A DNA stretch of 64,000 nt. It comes from Malacoraja senta. Taxonomy: Eukaryota. The DNA lies in NCBI GenBank assembly GCA_038087875.1, contig CM075990.1, positions 2,110,001 through 2,174,000 of the forward strand, given 5' to 3'. The position numbers and the translations under genes were made by a program. Each line of letters starts with the position of its first letter. The stretch's first letter is position 1. The notes under the pieces are model-generated. The model did not search any database, was not told the origin of the DNA, and saw only the letters and a list, made by a program, of their open reading frames with translations. Below, piece by piece: positions 23,641 to 37,157 of this stretch.

Positions 23641-25316
23641 ACGATGATACATTAAATCTTTTGAGGCTCAGATTAATTGCCAGCTGTTATCAGGCAACTG
23701 AACCATCCTACCACAACTAGAGAGCAGTGCTGAACTACTATCTACCTCATCGGACTATCTTTGATTGGACTTTACTGGCTTTATCTTGCGCTAAATGTTA
23801 TTCCCTTATCATGTATCTGTACACTGTGGACGGATCGATTGTAATCATGTGTTGTCTTTCCGCTGACTGGTTTGCACGCAACAAAAGCTTTTCACTGTAC
23901 CTCGGTACATGTTACAATAAACTAAACTAAACTGTACTGAATGAGGATTTCACTGCTGAGCTGATGCCAATGGACATGTGTTCCTGAGGTGGGGTGTGTT
24001 TAATTTAGTTTAGAGATGCAGTGCAGAAACAGGCTCTTCAGCCCACCGAGTCCGCGCTGACCAGCGATCTCCGTACACTAACACAACCTACACACTAGGG
24101 ACAGTTTTATAATTTTACCGAAGCCATTTAAACTACATAAGATCATTAGTGATAGGAGAAAAATTAGGCCATTCAGCCCATCAAGTCTACTCCGCCATTC
24201 AATCATGGCTGATCTATCTTTCCCTCTTAACCCCATTCACGTGCCTTCTCCCCATAACCCCTGACACCCGTACCAATCAAGAATCTAACTATCTCTGCCC
24301 AAAAAAATATCCATTAACTTGGACTCCACAACCTTCTGTGGCAATGAATTCCAACCTGTCTTTAGAGTGTGGGTGGCAACCGGAGCATCCGGGGAAAACC
24401 CACGCGGTCACGGGGAGAACGTACCAACTACGTACAGACAGCACCCGAGGTCAGGATCGAACCCGGGTCTCTGGCGCCGTGAGGCAGGAACTCTACCGCT
24501 GCTCCACCGTGTGCAGCAAACAATGCCTGTGTGAAGCAAGGACTTGTTCCTTTGCTCAGCATTTGATTGTGCCAAGCTCGCTGTTCCAATCGCTGAGTCA
24601 GCAGAACGCTGGAGTGTATCGTGCTTCAGCTGTGCACTTGGATAAGAGCCCCCTGTTTACCATGTGCCCTTGTGACCATCCCCGCAGACGTGGAGATTCA
24701 TGTGATTCTGCAGGATGTTTGGCGCTGAGCTCAGGCAATAATGAGGAATTCTCAGCTGGGCTCAGAACTGCAGCTTGCAATTTTAAAATGCCAGCAGCAT
24801 AATCAAGGACCAGTCTCACCCTGGCCACTCTCTCTTCTCCCCTCTCCCATCGCGCAAAAGGTATAGAAGTGTGAAAAGGCACACCTCCCGATTCAGGGAC
24901 AGTTTCTTCCCAGCTGTTATCAGGCAACTGAACCAACCTGAAATACTATCTACCTCATCGGGGACCCTCGGACTATCTTTGATCGGACTCTACTGACTTT
25001 ATCTTGCATTAAACGTTATTCCCTCATTGTGTATCTGTACACTGTGGACGGCTCGATTGTAATCATGTATTGTCTTTCCGCTGACTAGTTAGCAGGCAAC
25101 AGAAGCTTTTCACTGTACCTCGTTACACGTGACAATAAACTAGACTGTCCTCATCTCACACCTCTTGTTGTTTCAACTCTAGCCTTTATCCAACCATCTG
25201 CCTATCACCTGTATCCACCTATCACTCGCAAGACTTTGTCTTGTTCCTACCTCTCTTCCAGTTTTCTTCCCCCCCCCCCCCCCCCCCCCCCCCCCCCACC
25301 ACATTCAGTCTAAAGC

Positions 25317-25500
25317 AGGGGTCGGCAAGCCGGTTCTGCCTAGGGGCCGTGTCCCGGGTCTGTGAGCGGTTGGAGGGCCACATCTATCGCCATATTCAAT
25401 AAACTTTGACATATTTATATATTTAAGAAATAGTATATTTACTAAACATAGGAGTTAGTTTGAGACACTGGTATTGAAAAACCCCTCAAGAAACTGAAGA
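25317..25500. mobile_element. hAT (Charlie-like) terminal fragment
   Basis: Starts CAGGGGTCGGCAA, a typical hAT TIR; no partner end found. Confidence 0.45.
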
Positions 25501-27377
25501 TCAACTTTGCGTTTATTGTGCAAAAAAAAGGATTTAATTGAACACAACCATTAAACACAATGTAACATTAATATCCACAACAGTGGAATCAACATTCCTC
25601 ACTGTGACTACGGCTCGATGTTCAGACCCTCTCGTCGGGATGATCGAAACAATCATCCAAAATGGACCCATAGACCCAAAAAGCTGGAGTAACTCAGCGG
25701 GATAGGCAGGATCTCTGGAGAGAAGGAATGGGTGACCCTTCCTCAGAAAGCCTGAGGGTTCTCCAGAGATGCTGACTAGGGAAAAGTGAAACTAGAGATA
25801 TCAACGGTGATGTAGAGAGATAAAGAACAATGAATGAAGGATATGCAAATAAGTAACGATGATAAAGGAAACAGGCTATTGTTACCCAAGTATAACTTGT
25901 CCATCATCGTTGCTAGGTCTGGATGCTAGAAGTACTTCCTCAACATGACTATGGGAGCACGTTGACCAGAAGGACCTCAGTGTTTAAACAAAATGGCTCA
26001 TGGCAAGAGGCATCAGAATGGACTATAAATGCTGGTCTTCCTGCCAATGCCCAGATCTCAAAAAATAATAACTAAAATATTCACATTTATTGTTTCATCG
26101 TGTATTTGTACATTGTATATGGCTCGATTATGATCCCGTATTGTCTTTCTGCTGACTGCTTAGTTTAGAGATACAGTGCGGATATACGCCCTTAGGCCCT
26201 CTGAGTCCATGCCGACCAGCAACCACCCGTTCATACTAATTTAGTTTACAGATACAGCGTGGAAACAGGCCCTTCGGCGCACCGAGTCCACGCCGACCAG
26301 CGATCCCCGCACTATCCTACATACACTAGGGACAATTTACTGTTTCTCCAAGCCAATTAGCTACAAACCTGTACATCTTTGGTGTGTGGGAGGAAACCGG
26401 AGATCCCAGAGAAAACCCACACAGGTCACGGGGAGGACGTACAAACTCTGTACAGACAGCATCCATAGTCAGGATCGAACCTGGGTCTCTGGCGCTGTGA
26501 GGCAGCAACTCTACCGCTGCACCACCGCGCCGCCCGCAATTGGTTAGCACACAACAAAACTGTACCTCGGTACACGTGACAATAAACTAAACTCAAACGT
26601 CAACTCAATAATGGTCTGTGCTGGGTTCATAAGTCTACACCCCACAGTCTGATAAAGAATTATTCACTTAATATTATTCTGCCTTTGAGCTAATTTCCTG
26701 TCATGCTGTTACTGGCTGTTTAATTCATGTGCCTCTGTTTTGCCAGCCAAGCTTCTGTGCTGGATTTTATCAAACATGAAAATCCATGTTAACAGCACCT
26801 GCTCTGCCTCCTTATCTCTGTAACCTTCCATGTTAGCACAAAAATGTAATCATTCGGCATTAAACCTGCCACTGTCCATGCCATATTTCTGCAGATAATC
26901 TCTGCACCTCATATCAGCAAACTCGCCAAGGTCACATACATACATCCACCTTGGTAAAATTATCATTGCCTTGGATAACTTAGCCTAGTCTATTTTGGCT
27001 GTGGCCTTGCCAGTTGCATTTGGCATAGTCTATGTTTATTAGAATGAACGAAGGAATGAACAATATTTTATCCGGAGGTTATGGGGAGAAGGCAGGAGAA
27101 TGGGGTTAGGAGGGAGAGATAGATCAGCCATAATTGAATGGAGGGGTAGACTTGATGGGCCGAATGGCCTAATTCTGCTCCTATCACTGCATGGGTTTTC
27201 TCCGGGTGCTCCGGTTTCCTCCCACACTCCAAAGACCTACAGGTTTGTTGGCTAATTGACTTGGTAAAATTGTAAATTGTCCCTAGTGTGCTAGTGTACG
27301 GGGATTGCTGGTTGGCGCAGACTTGGTGGGCGGAAGACCCTGTTTCCACGCTGTATCTCTAAACTAAACTAAATATA

Positions 27378-28048
27378 TGTTTGTGTGTGCGAGTGTGTGT
27401 GAGTGTGTGTGTGAGTGTGTGAAAGTGTGTGGGAGTGGGAGTGTGAGTGTGAGTGTGAGTGTGTGTGTGTGTGTGTGTGTGGGTTGTGTGCGTGCGTGAG
27501 TGTGTGTGTGTGTGTGTTTGGTTGTGTGCGTGTGAGTGTGTGTGTGTGAGTGTGTGTGTGTTTGTGGGTTGTGTGCGTGCATGTGTGCGTGCGTGCGTGC
27601 GCGTGTGTGTGTGCGTGCGTGCGTGAGTGTGTGGGTGTGAGTGAGTGTGAGTGTGAGTGTGAGTGTGAGTGTGAGTGTGAGTGTGAGTGTGTATATGTGT
27701 GTGTGTGTGTGTACGTGTGCGTGTGTGTGCGTGCGTGCGTGAGTGTGTCCGTGTGTGAGTGTGTGTGTGTGGGTTGTGTGTGTGTGTGGGTTGTGTGTGT
27801 GTGTGGGTTGTGTGTGTGTGGGTTGTGTGTGTGTGTGGGTTGTGTGTGTGTGTGGGTTGTGTGTGTGTGTGTGAGTGTGTGTGTGTGGGTTGTGTGTGTG
27901 TGTGTGGGTTGTGTGTGTGTGTGGGTTGTGTGTGTGTGTGTGTGTGAGTGTGTGTGTGTGTGGGTTGTGTGTGTGTGTGGGTTGTGTGTGTGTGTGGGTT
28001 GTGTGTGTGTGTGGGTTGTGTGTGTGTGTGTATGTGTGGGTTGTGTGT

Positions 28049-28079
<31 letters not shown>

Positions 28080-28106
28080 GGGGGATTGTGTGTGTGTGGG
28101 GGGGGG

Positions 28107-28147
<41 letters not shown>

Positions 28148-28152
28148 GGGGG

Positions 28153-28187
<35 letters not shown>

Positions 28188-28215
28188 GGGGGATTGTGTG
28201 TGTGGGGGGGGGGGG

Positions 28216-28290
<75 letters not shown>

Positions 28291-28377
28291 GGGGGATTGT
28301 GTGTGTGTGGGGGGGGTTGTGTGTGTGGGTTGTGTGTGTGTGTGGGTTGTGTGTGTGTGTGTGTGTGGGTTGTGTGT

Positions 28378-28410
<33 letters not shown>

Positions 28411-28527
28411 GGGGGATTGTGTGTGTGTGGGGGGGGTTGTGTGTGTGTGTGTGTGTGTGTGTGGGGGGGGGTTGTGTGTGTGTGTGTGTGTGTGTGTGTG
28501 GGGGGGATTGTGTGTGTGGGGGGGGGG

Positions 28528-28596
<69 letters not shown>

Positions 28597-28647
28597 GGGG
28601 GGGGGATTGTGTGTGTGTGGGGGGGTTGTGTGTGTGTGTGTGTGCGT

Positions 28648-28691
<44 letters not shown>

Positions 28692-28725
28692 GTGCGTGTG
28701 CGTGAGTGTGAGTGTGTGTGTGTGT

Positions 28726-28763
<38 letters not shown>

Positions 28764-28811
28764 GGGGATTGTGTGTGTGTGGGGGGGGGTTGTGTGTGTG
28801 TGTGTGTGCGT

Positions 28812-28861
<50 letters not shown>

Positions 28862-28874
28862 GTGCGTGTGCGTG

Positions 28875-28967
<93 letters not shown>

Positions 28968-28974
28968 GTGAGTG
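27378..28974. repeat. 1.6-kb complex (GT)n microsatellite with GGGTT / GGGGGGATT / GAGT interruptions
   Basis: Direct reading; source of the His-Thr and Val-Cys artefact ORFs. Confidence 0.97.
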
Positions 28975-29634
28975 TACCATCCTGGACCTTCGTTGTGGTA
29001 GAGGCCACAGTTCTCAAGACTCAAGAGTGTTTTATTGTCATATGTCCCGAAATGGAAGAATGAAAATCTTACTTGCAGCAGCACAACAGATACATATATA
29101 CGTAGGAAGGAACTGCAGATGCTGGTTTAAGCTGTAGATAGACACAAAAAGCTGGAGTAACTCAGCGGGACAGGCAGCATCTCTGGAGAGAAGAAATGGG
29201 TGATGTTTCGGGTCGAGACCTCTCTTCAGACTCAAGAAGTAACCACTGAGTTACTCCAGTTTTTTGTATCTATCTTAGATATATAAATTCTGTAAACACC
29301 ATGATAAACAACAACAGAAAACCAATGCCTTCAAGTCTATGTAGTTCAGAGCTTATTTGGAGGTTGTAGTGTTTAATAACCTGATGGCTGTAGGGAAGGA
29401 GCTGTTCCTGATCCTGGACGTTACAGTTTTCACGTTCCTGTACCTTCTTCCCGATGGCAGGAGTGAAATGAGAGTGTGGGCAGGGTGGTTTGGGTCTCTG
29501 ATGATGGCAAGCACAAGGAAGAAGCCTTTGTCACCATCATTTGCCAGAAGTGTTGAATAGCTGATCCATTTACCAACCTTTACCAAGCCAATTTACCTAC
29601 ATACATGTACATCTTTGGAGGGTCTTATTATAAG

Positions 29635-29656
29635 CCTTAATAAATTATTACTATTA

Positions 29657-29694
<38 letters not shown>

Positions 29695-29820
29695 AACAAT
29701 AATAATAATTACAACAAAATAATATTAATATTAATAGTTATTATTAATAATTCTTATCATACTTGAATTAAATTAAAATTATTAATAATTATAATTATTA
29801 TTATTAAAGACTAAATTATT
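29635..29820. repeat. AT-rich (TAT)n/(AAT)n low-complexity tract
   Basis: Direct reading. Confidence 0.9.
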
Positions 29821-32800
29821 TGATGAGACTAGTCCAGGTCCTGTTCTAAATAATGGCATTAAGTCTGCAAACAGTAAACTTGACACCGACCTTTGCATTT
29901 AAACTTTCTTCAGAAAGCTACTCCCTTTATCGTCCCGGTTCCCTCTGCAGGCTTCAAGTGTTTTCCTTTGCATGCCCTGTCACAAGCTTGGTGTTTAGCT
30001 CCATTGAAGCATGGTGGCGCAGCGGGCGAGTTGCTGTTTCACAGCGCCAGAGATCCGGGTTCGATCCTGACCACGGATGCTGACTGTACGGAGTTTGTAC
30101 GTTCTCCCGGTGACCGCGTCGGTTTTCTCCGGGTGCTCCGGTTTCCTCCCACACTCCAAAGACGTGCAGGTTTGTAGGTTAATTGGCTTTTGTAAATTGT
30201 CCCTAGTGTGTAGGATAGATCTCGTGTAGGGGTGATTGCTGGATGGCGTGAACTTGGTGGACCGAGTTCCACACTGTATCTCTAAAGTAAACTAAACAAT
30301 GGACAAACTATTAGAACAGAGCTCAACTTTCAGACATTTTGGTACAATTTATAAACATCAGAACATAAGATTAACCAAACAGGCAGCAGATGAATGAGTG
30401 ATATTCAAGAAGGAACTGCAGATGTGGAAAATGGAAGGTACACAAAAATGCTGGAGAAACTCAGCGGGTGAGGCAGCATCTATGGAGCGAAGGAAATAGG
30501 CAACGTTTCGGGCCGAAACCTTTCTTCAGACTGAGTGAGTGATATAATGAGTTACAATCCTTGATGTTTTTTAAAAGGATTCTTTATTTTTCTAATAAGG
30601 GTCTGAAGAAGGGTCTCGACCCGAAACGTTGCCTATTTCCTTCGCTCCATAGATGCTGCCTCACCCGCTGAGTTTCTCCAGCACTTTTGTCTACCTTTAT
30701 TTATCTAAAATACTTTTAAGTTTCTTCGAAGCAACAAGCAATGGAACTGAAGTACATTTAAATATATAACCATGCACATATGGGACATTTCTTCTCTTTC
30801 ATCAATTGCAGCCGGCTCTTTGAAGAAGGGGTTGATTTTGTATGTATCGGCCCTCAGGCAACGACACCCCCTGAGAACACAGTCTGAACAGCTACAGTCC
30901 CTGTTCTCTACACTCGCAGAGGCTGAGAGGTGGCTTTGCGACTTGAAGCCGGCAGGCAAAAGGGGGGAAATGTTTCCATCTGTGGGTAAGAGGATTGGTG
31001 TCAGACTGTGTGAAATAATTCAAACATTCTAGGGAAACCTCGTAACCAGAGGGAGGTTCGAATGAGGAACAGACCAACAGGAAGAGTGGAGAAGGAGCAT
31101 AGAAACATAGAACATAGAAAATAGGTGCAGGAGTAGGCCATTCGGCCCTTCGAGCCAGCACCGCCATTCAATATGATCATGGCTGATCATCCCCAATCAG
31201 TACCCCATTCCGGCATTTTCCCCATATCCCTTGATTCCATTAGGCCTAAGAGCTAAATCTAACTATCTCTTGAAAACACCCAGTGAATTGGCCTCCACTG
31301 CCTTCTGTAGCAGAGAATTCCACAAGCCTTAATGGGTTTTGGAGAAAGTTAGGGAACATGTGAGGAGAAGACCAGACAGGAGGCATGGTACATTTTCTGC
31401 CTCACAGCGCCAGAGACCCGGGTTCGATCCTGACCACGGCTGCTGTCTGTATGGAGTTTGCATGTTCTCCCCGTGACAGCGTGGGTTTTCTCCCAGTGCT
31501 CCGGTTTCCTTCCACACTCCAGAGACGTGCAGGTGAACTGTCTGCATAATTTATCCCCAGTGGGTGGGATAGAACTATTGTCCAGATACCTGGGTTGCTC
31601 GTGTTCAAAGAAAAGTATATATATATATTTTAAAGTTTATATGATTATAAAATTCTATAAAGCCTCATAGCACCAGAGACCTGGGATCAATCCTGACCTC
31701 AGGTGCTTTCTATACTGAGTTTGCACGTTCTACCTGTGACTGCGTGGGTTTTCTCCAGGTGCTCCGGTTTCTTCTCACACTCCAAAGAAGTGTAGGTTTG
31801 GAGGTAAATTGGCCCTCATGTGTAGGATAGAACTAGTGTACGGGGTGATCGCTGGTCAGCACTGTCTCGGTGGGCCGAAGGGCCTGTTTCCGTGCTGTAT
31901 CTCTAAACAAAGGAGTTGTTGACGGGATGAAAGGAGGGAGATAATGAGGTCTGAGGCACAGGCTGGGATGGAGGGGAACACAGGCCCTGGGCAACGTCAG
32001 CTGAAGACCAGAATCACCCTTTGAAATCGAGCTCTTGCCAAGGGGAACTGCAGATGGCGTGAGGGATTACTGTAATCCAGCTGGCTGCCAGATGTGGGGA
32101 CAGATGTGGAGCTTAGGCCATGGGGTGTCTCTGCTCTCACCTCAATCCAGACTCTGCTCAGAGCAGAGGAGGGACTGAGGTGGGGAGGGACAGCTCCAGG
32201 GACACAAGGCCATTGCACAGTTGGGATGGTGGAGCACAGGGAACGAAGGCTGCTGTACGGTGCCGTGCTGTGCCATGCAGTGCCTTGCCTTGCCATGCCA
32301 TGCTGTGCTGTGCTGAACAAACACACTGGTCCAGGGCAATGCCACCTCGAGGTGGGAGCGCAGGGCTCCTCAGCCCAACATGTCAATCCCAACTCCATAA
32401 CCCAACCAAACTAGTTCCCCCTGCCCGACTTCTAAACTTTTAAATCCACATACCTGTCCGAATGCCTTTTCACCGTTGTAATTGTAGTAGCCTCACCCAC
32501 TTCCACTGGCAGCTTGTTCCATGCACTCTGTGTGGAAAAGTACTACCTCTCAGATCACCTTTTAAATCTCACCTTAATCCTTTCCCCTCCAGCTACAGAC
32601 TCCCCTACATTTAGGGGAAAAGACTGTGGGCGTCACAGTGGCGCAGCGGTAGAGTTGCTGCCTCACAGCGCCAGAGACACGGGTTTCATCCTGACTACGG
32701 GTGCTGTCTGTACGGAGTTTGTACGTTCTCCCCGTGACCTGCGTGCGTTTTCTCCGGGTGCTCCGGTTTCCTCCCACACTCCAAAGACGTGCAGTTTGGT

Positions 32801-32834
32801 TTCAAGTTGGGAAAAGGGGAAGTACAACGGGATC

Positions 32835-33537
32835 TGGGGGTCCTTGTTCATCAGTTAATGAAAGTAAGCATGCAGGTACAGCAGGCAGTGAAGAAAGCGA
32901 ATGGCATGTTGGCCTTCATAATGAGGAGTTGAGTATAGGAGCAAAGAGGTTCTTCTGTAGTTGTACAGGGCCCTAGTGAGACCACACCTGGAGTATTGTG
33001 TGCAGTTTTGGTCCCCTAATTTGAGGAAGGACATTCTTACTATTGAGGGAGTGCAGCGTAGGTTTACAAGGTTAATTCCCGGGATGGCGGGACTGTCATG
33101 TGCTGAGAGAATGGAACGGCTGGGCTTGTATACTCTCGGGTTTAGAAAGATGAGAGGGGATCTTATTGAAACATATAAGATTATTAAGGGTTTGGACACG
33201 CTAGAGGCAGGAAACATGTTCCCGATGTTGGGGGAGTCCAGAACCAGGGGCCACTGTTTAAGAATAAGGGGTAAGCCATTTAGAACGGATATGAGGAAAC
33301 ACCTTTTCACCCAGAGAGTTGTGAGTCTGTGGAATTCTCTGCCTCAGAGGGCGGTGGAGGCCGGTTCTCTGGATGCTTTCAAGAGAGAGCTAGATAGAGC
33401 TCTTAAAAATAGCGGAGTCAGGGGATATGGGGAGAAGGCAGGAACGGGGTACTGATTGGGGATGATCAGCCATGATCACATTGAATGGCGGGTGCTGGCT
33501 CGAAGGGCCGAATGGCCTACTCCTGCACCTATTGTCT
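32835..33537 (+). mobile_element. Young CR1 (HER1-like) 5'-truncated copy, ORF2 C-terminus open
   Basis: ORF 32961..33455 [18 protein letters not shown]...GYGEKAGTGY plus 3'UTR. Confidence 0.92.
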
Positions 33538-35276
33538 TCAACCCGAATCGTCACCCATTCCATCTCTCCAGAGATGCCGCCTGTCCCGCTGAGTTACTCC
33601 AGCACTTTGCGTCTGTTTAAGGAGGTTAATGGGATGAACAACTGAAGCGAAGCCCAGCCCGTAAGCGTCCACTTTGATTTATTAAACAGTGAGTGGGGAT
33701 GTACAGAGGCACTGATACGTGGCTGCCTCACAATACTTCATCTGGGAAGGGAGAAAATGAACAGGCACGTCAGCTGAAACAAATGCGCAGCCCTTTGTTG
33801 GGGGTGGGGATGGGATGATCTATAGTTTAGTTAAGAGATACATCGCGGAAACAGGCCCTTCGGCCCAACGAGTCCGCACCGACCAGCGATCCCCGCACAT
33901 TAACACTATCCTACACATGCGAGGGACAATTTACAATTATATCTACAAACCTGCACGTCTTTGGAGTGTGGGAGGAAACCGGAGCACCCGGAGAAAACCC
34001 ACGCAGGTCACGGGGAGAACGTACAAACTCCACACAGGCAGCACCTGTACATGGTTAGGATTGAACCCGGGTCTCTGGCGCTGTGAGTCAGTAACTCTAC
34101 CGCTGCACCACCTTCTGTCAGTGTGGAAGGTAATGTCTCCGCGGGTGGGGGCGATATGGGAACTCTCGAAGTTCTCCGGTTGCTATGGTGAAAATGTCAT
34201 TAGGCAAATTTTCTGTGCTTTTAATATTATTTTAACAAACCACTCATATCTGTGTGGAATATTCAATACTTGAATTGAAAAATACAATATGGAAATATGC
34301 ACTTTGGCTCAAGATGCCCCATCTACACTATTCCCACCAGCCCACGTTTGGCATCATTCCATCTAAACATTTTCTGTCCGTGTACCTGTCGAAATGTCTT
34401 TTAAATATTGTTATAGTCCCTGCCTCAACTATCTCCCCCGGCCACTCATTTCATGCACCCAGCGCCCTCTGTGTGAAACTTCTCTGCCTCAGAGGGCGGT
34501 GGAGGCGGGTTCTCTGGATGCTTTCAAGAGAGAGATAGATAGGGCTCTTGATGATAGCGGAGTCAGGGGATGTGGGGAGAAGGCAGGAACGGGGTACTGA
34601 TTGGGGATGATCAGCCATGATCACATTGAATGGCGGTGCTGGCTCGAAGGGCCAAATGGCCTACTCCTGCACCTATTGTCTATTGTCTATAAAAAGCATA
34701 CCCCTCAGGTCCTATTAAATATTTCCCCTCACACATTATACTTATATCTTCTGGTTCTTGATTCCGCGACTCCGGGAAAACGTCTCTGTGTATTCACCCC
34801 GATGCTGACCATCAATCACCCGTCCACACTAGTTCTATGTTATCCCACTTTCTCATCCACTCCGTACACACTAGGGGGCAATTTACAGTGGCTCCGATTA
34901 ACCTACAGACCCGCACGTCTTTGGGATGTGGGAGGAAACCGGAGCACCTGGAGAAAACCCAAGTGATCACAGGGAGAACATGCAAACTCCTCACAGAGAG
35001 CCCCCGAGAACCCTGACCTAGTCTCTGGCGCTGTGAGGCAGCAGCTCTACCAGCTGCGGAAATGCTGAGCTCAGCTTATTGTCACATGTACCGAGGCACA
35101 GTGAAAAGCTTTTGTTGCAGTCAATGGAAAGACTGTACAATTGAACCGTCCACAGTGTAATGTGGATTACACATTGAACCTTATAAATGTGCCGCCCTTT
35201 CAACTTTCTCTTCAGACAGCGAATGTTCTCAGCAGGTTACGTGTCCATGACCCCACTGTTGTGCCTTGGTGTTGTT

Positions 35277-36297
35277 TGTCACGTCAGCCTGGGGCAGAAT
35301 GTTGTCCATTCCTTGCTGATATCAGCCAAGAGAGTCTATCCTGCGACACATTTTTTGTGTGACACACAACCGTATTTTTACACCATTCCTTGGCAGCTCT
35401 TCGACACTGTGGACACTTTGTGAGATTAGACCTATGTTTAGTTTAGTTTAGTTTAGATATACAGCCTGGAAATGGGCCCTTCGGCCCACTGAGTCTGCGC
35501 AGACAATCCGATCACCCGTACACACAATAAACATAGAAACATAGATAATAGGTGCAGCAGTAGGCCATTTGGCCATTCGAGCCAACACCGCCATTTAATA
35601 TGATCATGGCTGATCATCCAAAATCAGTACCCCGTTCGTTCCTGCTTTCTCCCCATATCCGTTGATTCCGTTATCCGTAAGAGCTAAATCTAACTCCTCT
35701 TGAAAACATCTAGTTCTATGTTATCCCACTTTCTCATCACAAGGGGTGATTTGCAGAGGGCCAATTAACCTACAAACACGTACATCTTTGTAGTGTGGGT
35801 GGAAACCGGAGCACCCGGAGTAAATCATACGGTCACAGGGAGAACGTACATACTCCGTGCAGACAGCACCCATAGTCAGGATCGAGCCCGGGTCTGTGGC
35901 GTTGTGAGGCAGCAACTCTACCACTGCACCACCGTGCCTTCCTGCATGATCTCCATTACTCAGTAGTGGGGTGGTGACTGCATAGAGGCGATCAGTGTGA
36001 CTATCGTGAGTATAGTCAGAGTTGGCCATGTTAGGCACAGTTCAGCAACATGGACGGATCTTGCAAACAAACATCCTGAACTGAGAGCAAACAACAGCCA
36101 ACTCAAATAGCAATACCTGACGGGCCAGTTTCCATGCTGTCACATCAGCCTGAGACAGAATGTTGTCCAATATTTGCTGGCTTCAGACAAGAGAGTCGAT
36201 CCTGACACACATTTTTGTGTGACACGTAATTGTATTTTAATGACATTTGTTGGCAGCGAGTGTGAGCTGTGGACACTTTGTCAGATTACAACCATGT
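35277..36297 (+). repeat. Diverged ~160-bp direct repeat pair (35277-35436 and 36138-36297)
   Basis: Collinear shared blocks CAGAATGTTGTCCA, CAAGAGAGTC, GTGTGACAC, TGGCAGC, CTGTGGACACTTTGT. Confidence 0.85.
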
Positions 36298-36847
36298 CTA
36301 GTTTAGTTCAGAGATACGACGTGGAAACAGGCCTTTCGGCACACCGGGTCCGCGCCGACCAACTATCCTACACGCCGACACTGGCACTGTCCTACACACA
36401 CCAGGGACGATTTACAATCTTTACCGAAGCCAATTAACCCACAAGCCGGAAAGTCTTTGGAGTGTGGGAGGAAACCGGAGCACCCAGAGAAAACCCACAC
36501 AGGTCACAGGGAGAATGATCAAACTCCATACAGACAGTACCCATAGTCAGGATCGAACCCGGGTCTCTGACTCTACTGCTGCGCCACTGCTGCATCACCA
36601 TGACGCCCCAAACAAGAAAATATAAGCTTTTTATATGAGGGATATATATATATAAATTTAAAGGAGATATACTGGGCAAATGTTTTACGCAGAGGGTGGT
36701 GGGAGCCTGGAATGTGCTGCGGGTGTTGGTGGTGGAGGCAGATACGATAGTGGTGTTTAAGAGGCTTTCAGAAAGGCACACGGATATGCAGGGATGGAGG
36801 GATATGGATCACGTGCAGGCAGAGGAGATTAGTTGAAGATGATATTG

Positions 36848-37157
36848 GCGGCACGGTGACGCAGCGGTAGAGTTGCTGCCTCGCAGCGCCAGAGACCCCG
36901 GTTCAATCCCGACTGCGGGTGCTGTCTGTACGGAGTTTGTACGTTCTCCTCGTGTCCTGCGTGGCTTTTCTCCGAGATCTTTGGTTTCCTCCCACACTCC
37001 AAAGACGTACAGGCTTGGAGGTTAATTGGCTTTGGTAAAATTGTAAAATTGTCCCTAGTGTGTGTAGGGTAGTGTCAAATGTGCAGGGATCACTGGTCGG
37101 TGCGGACTCGGTGGGCCGAAGGGCCTGTTTCTGATCTATATCTATAAAGTAAACTGA
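36848..37157 (+). mobile_element. HE1-type V-SINE, full length
   Basis: A/B boxes, V-domain, CR1-like tail. Confidence 0.9.

Noticed and set aside
27359..29084. 500+ aa His/Thr-rich and Val/Cys-rich ORFs (also 45648-46046 and 60379-62100)
   Set aside because: Translations of stop-free (GT)n/(CA)n microsatellites in all frames
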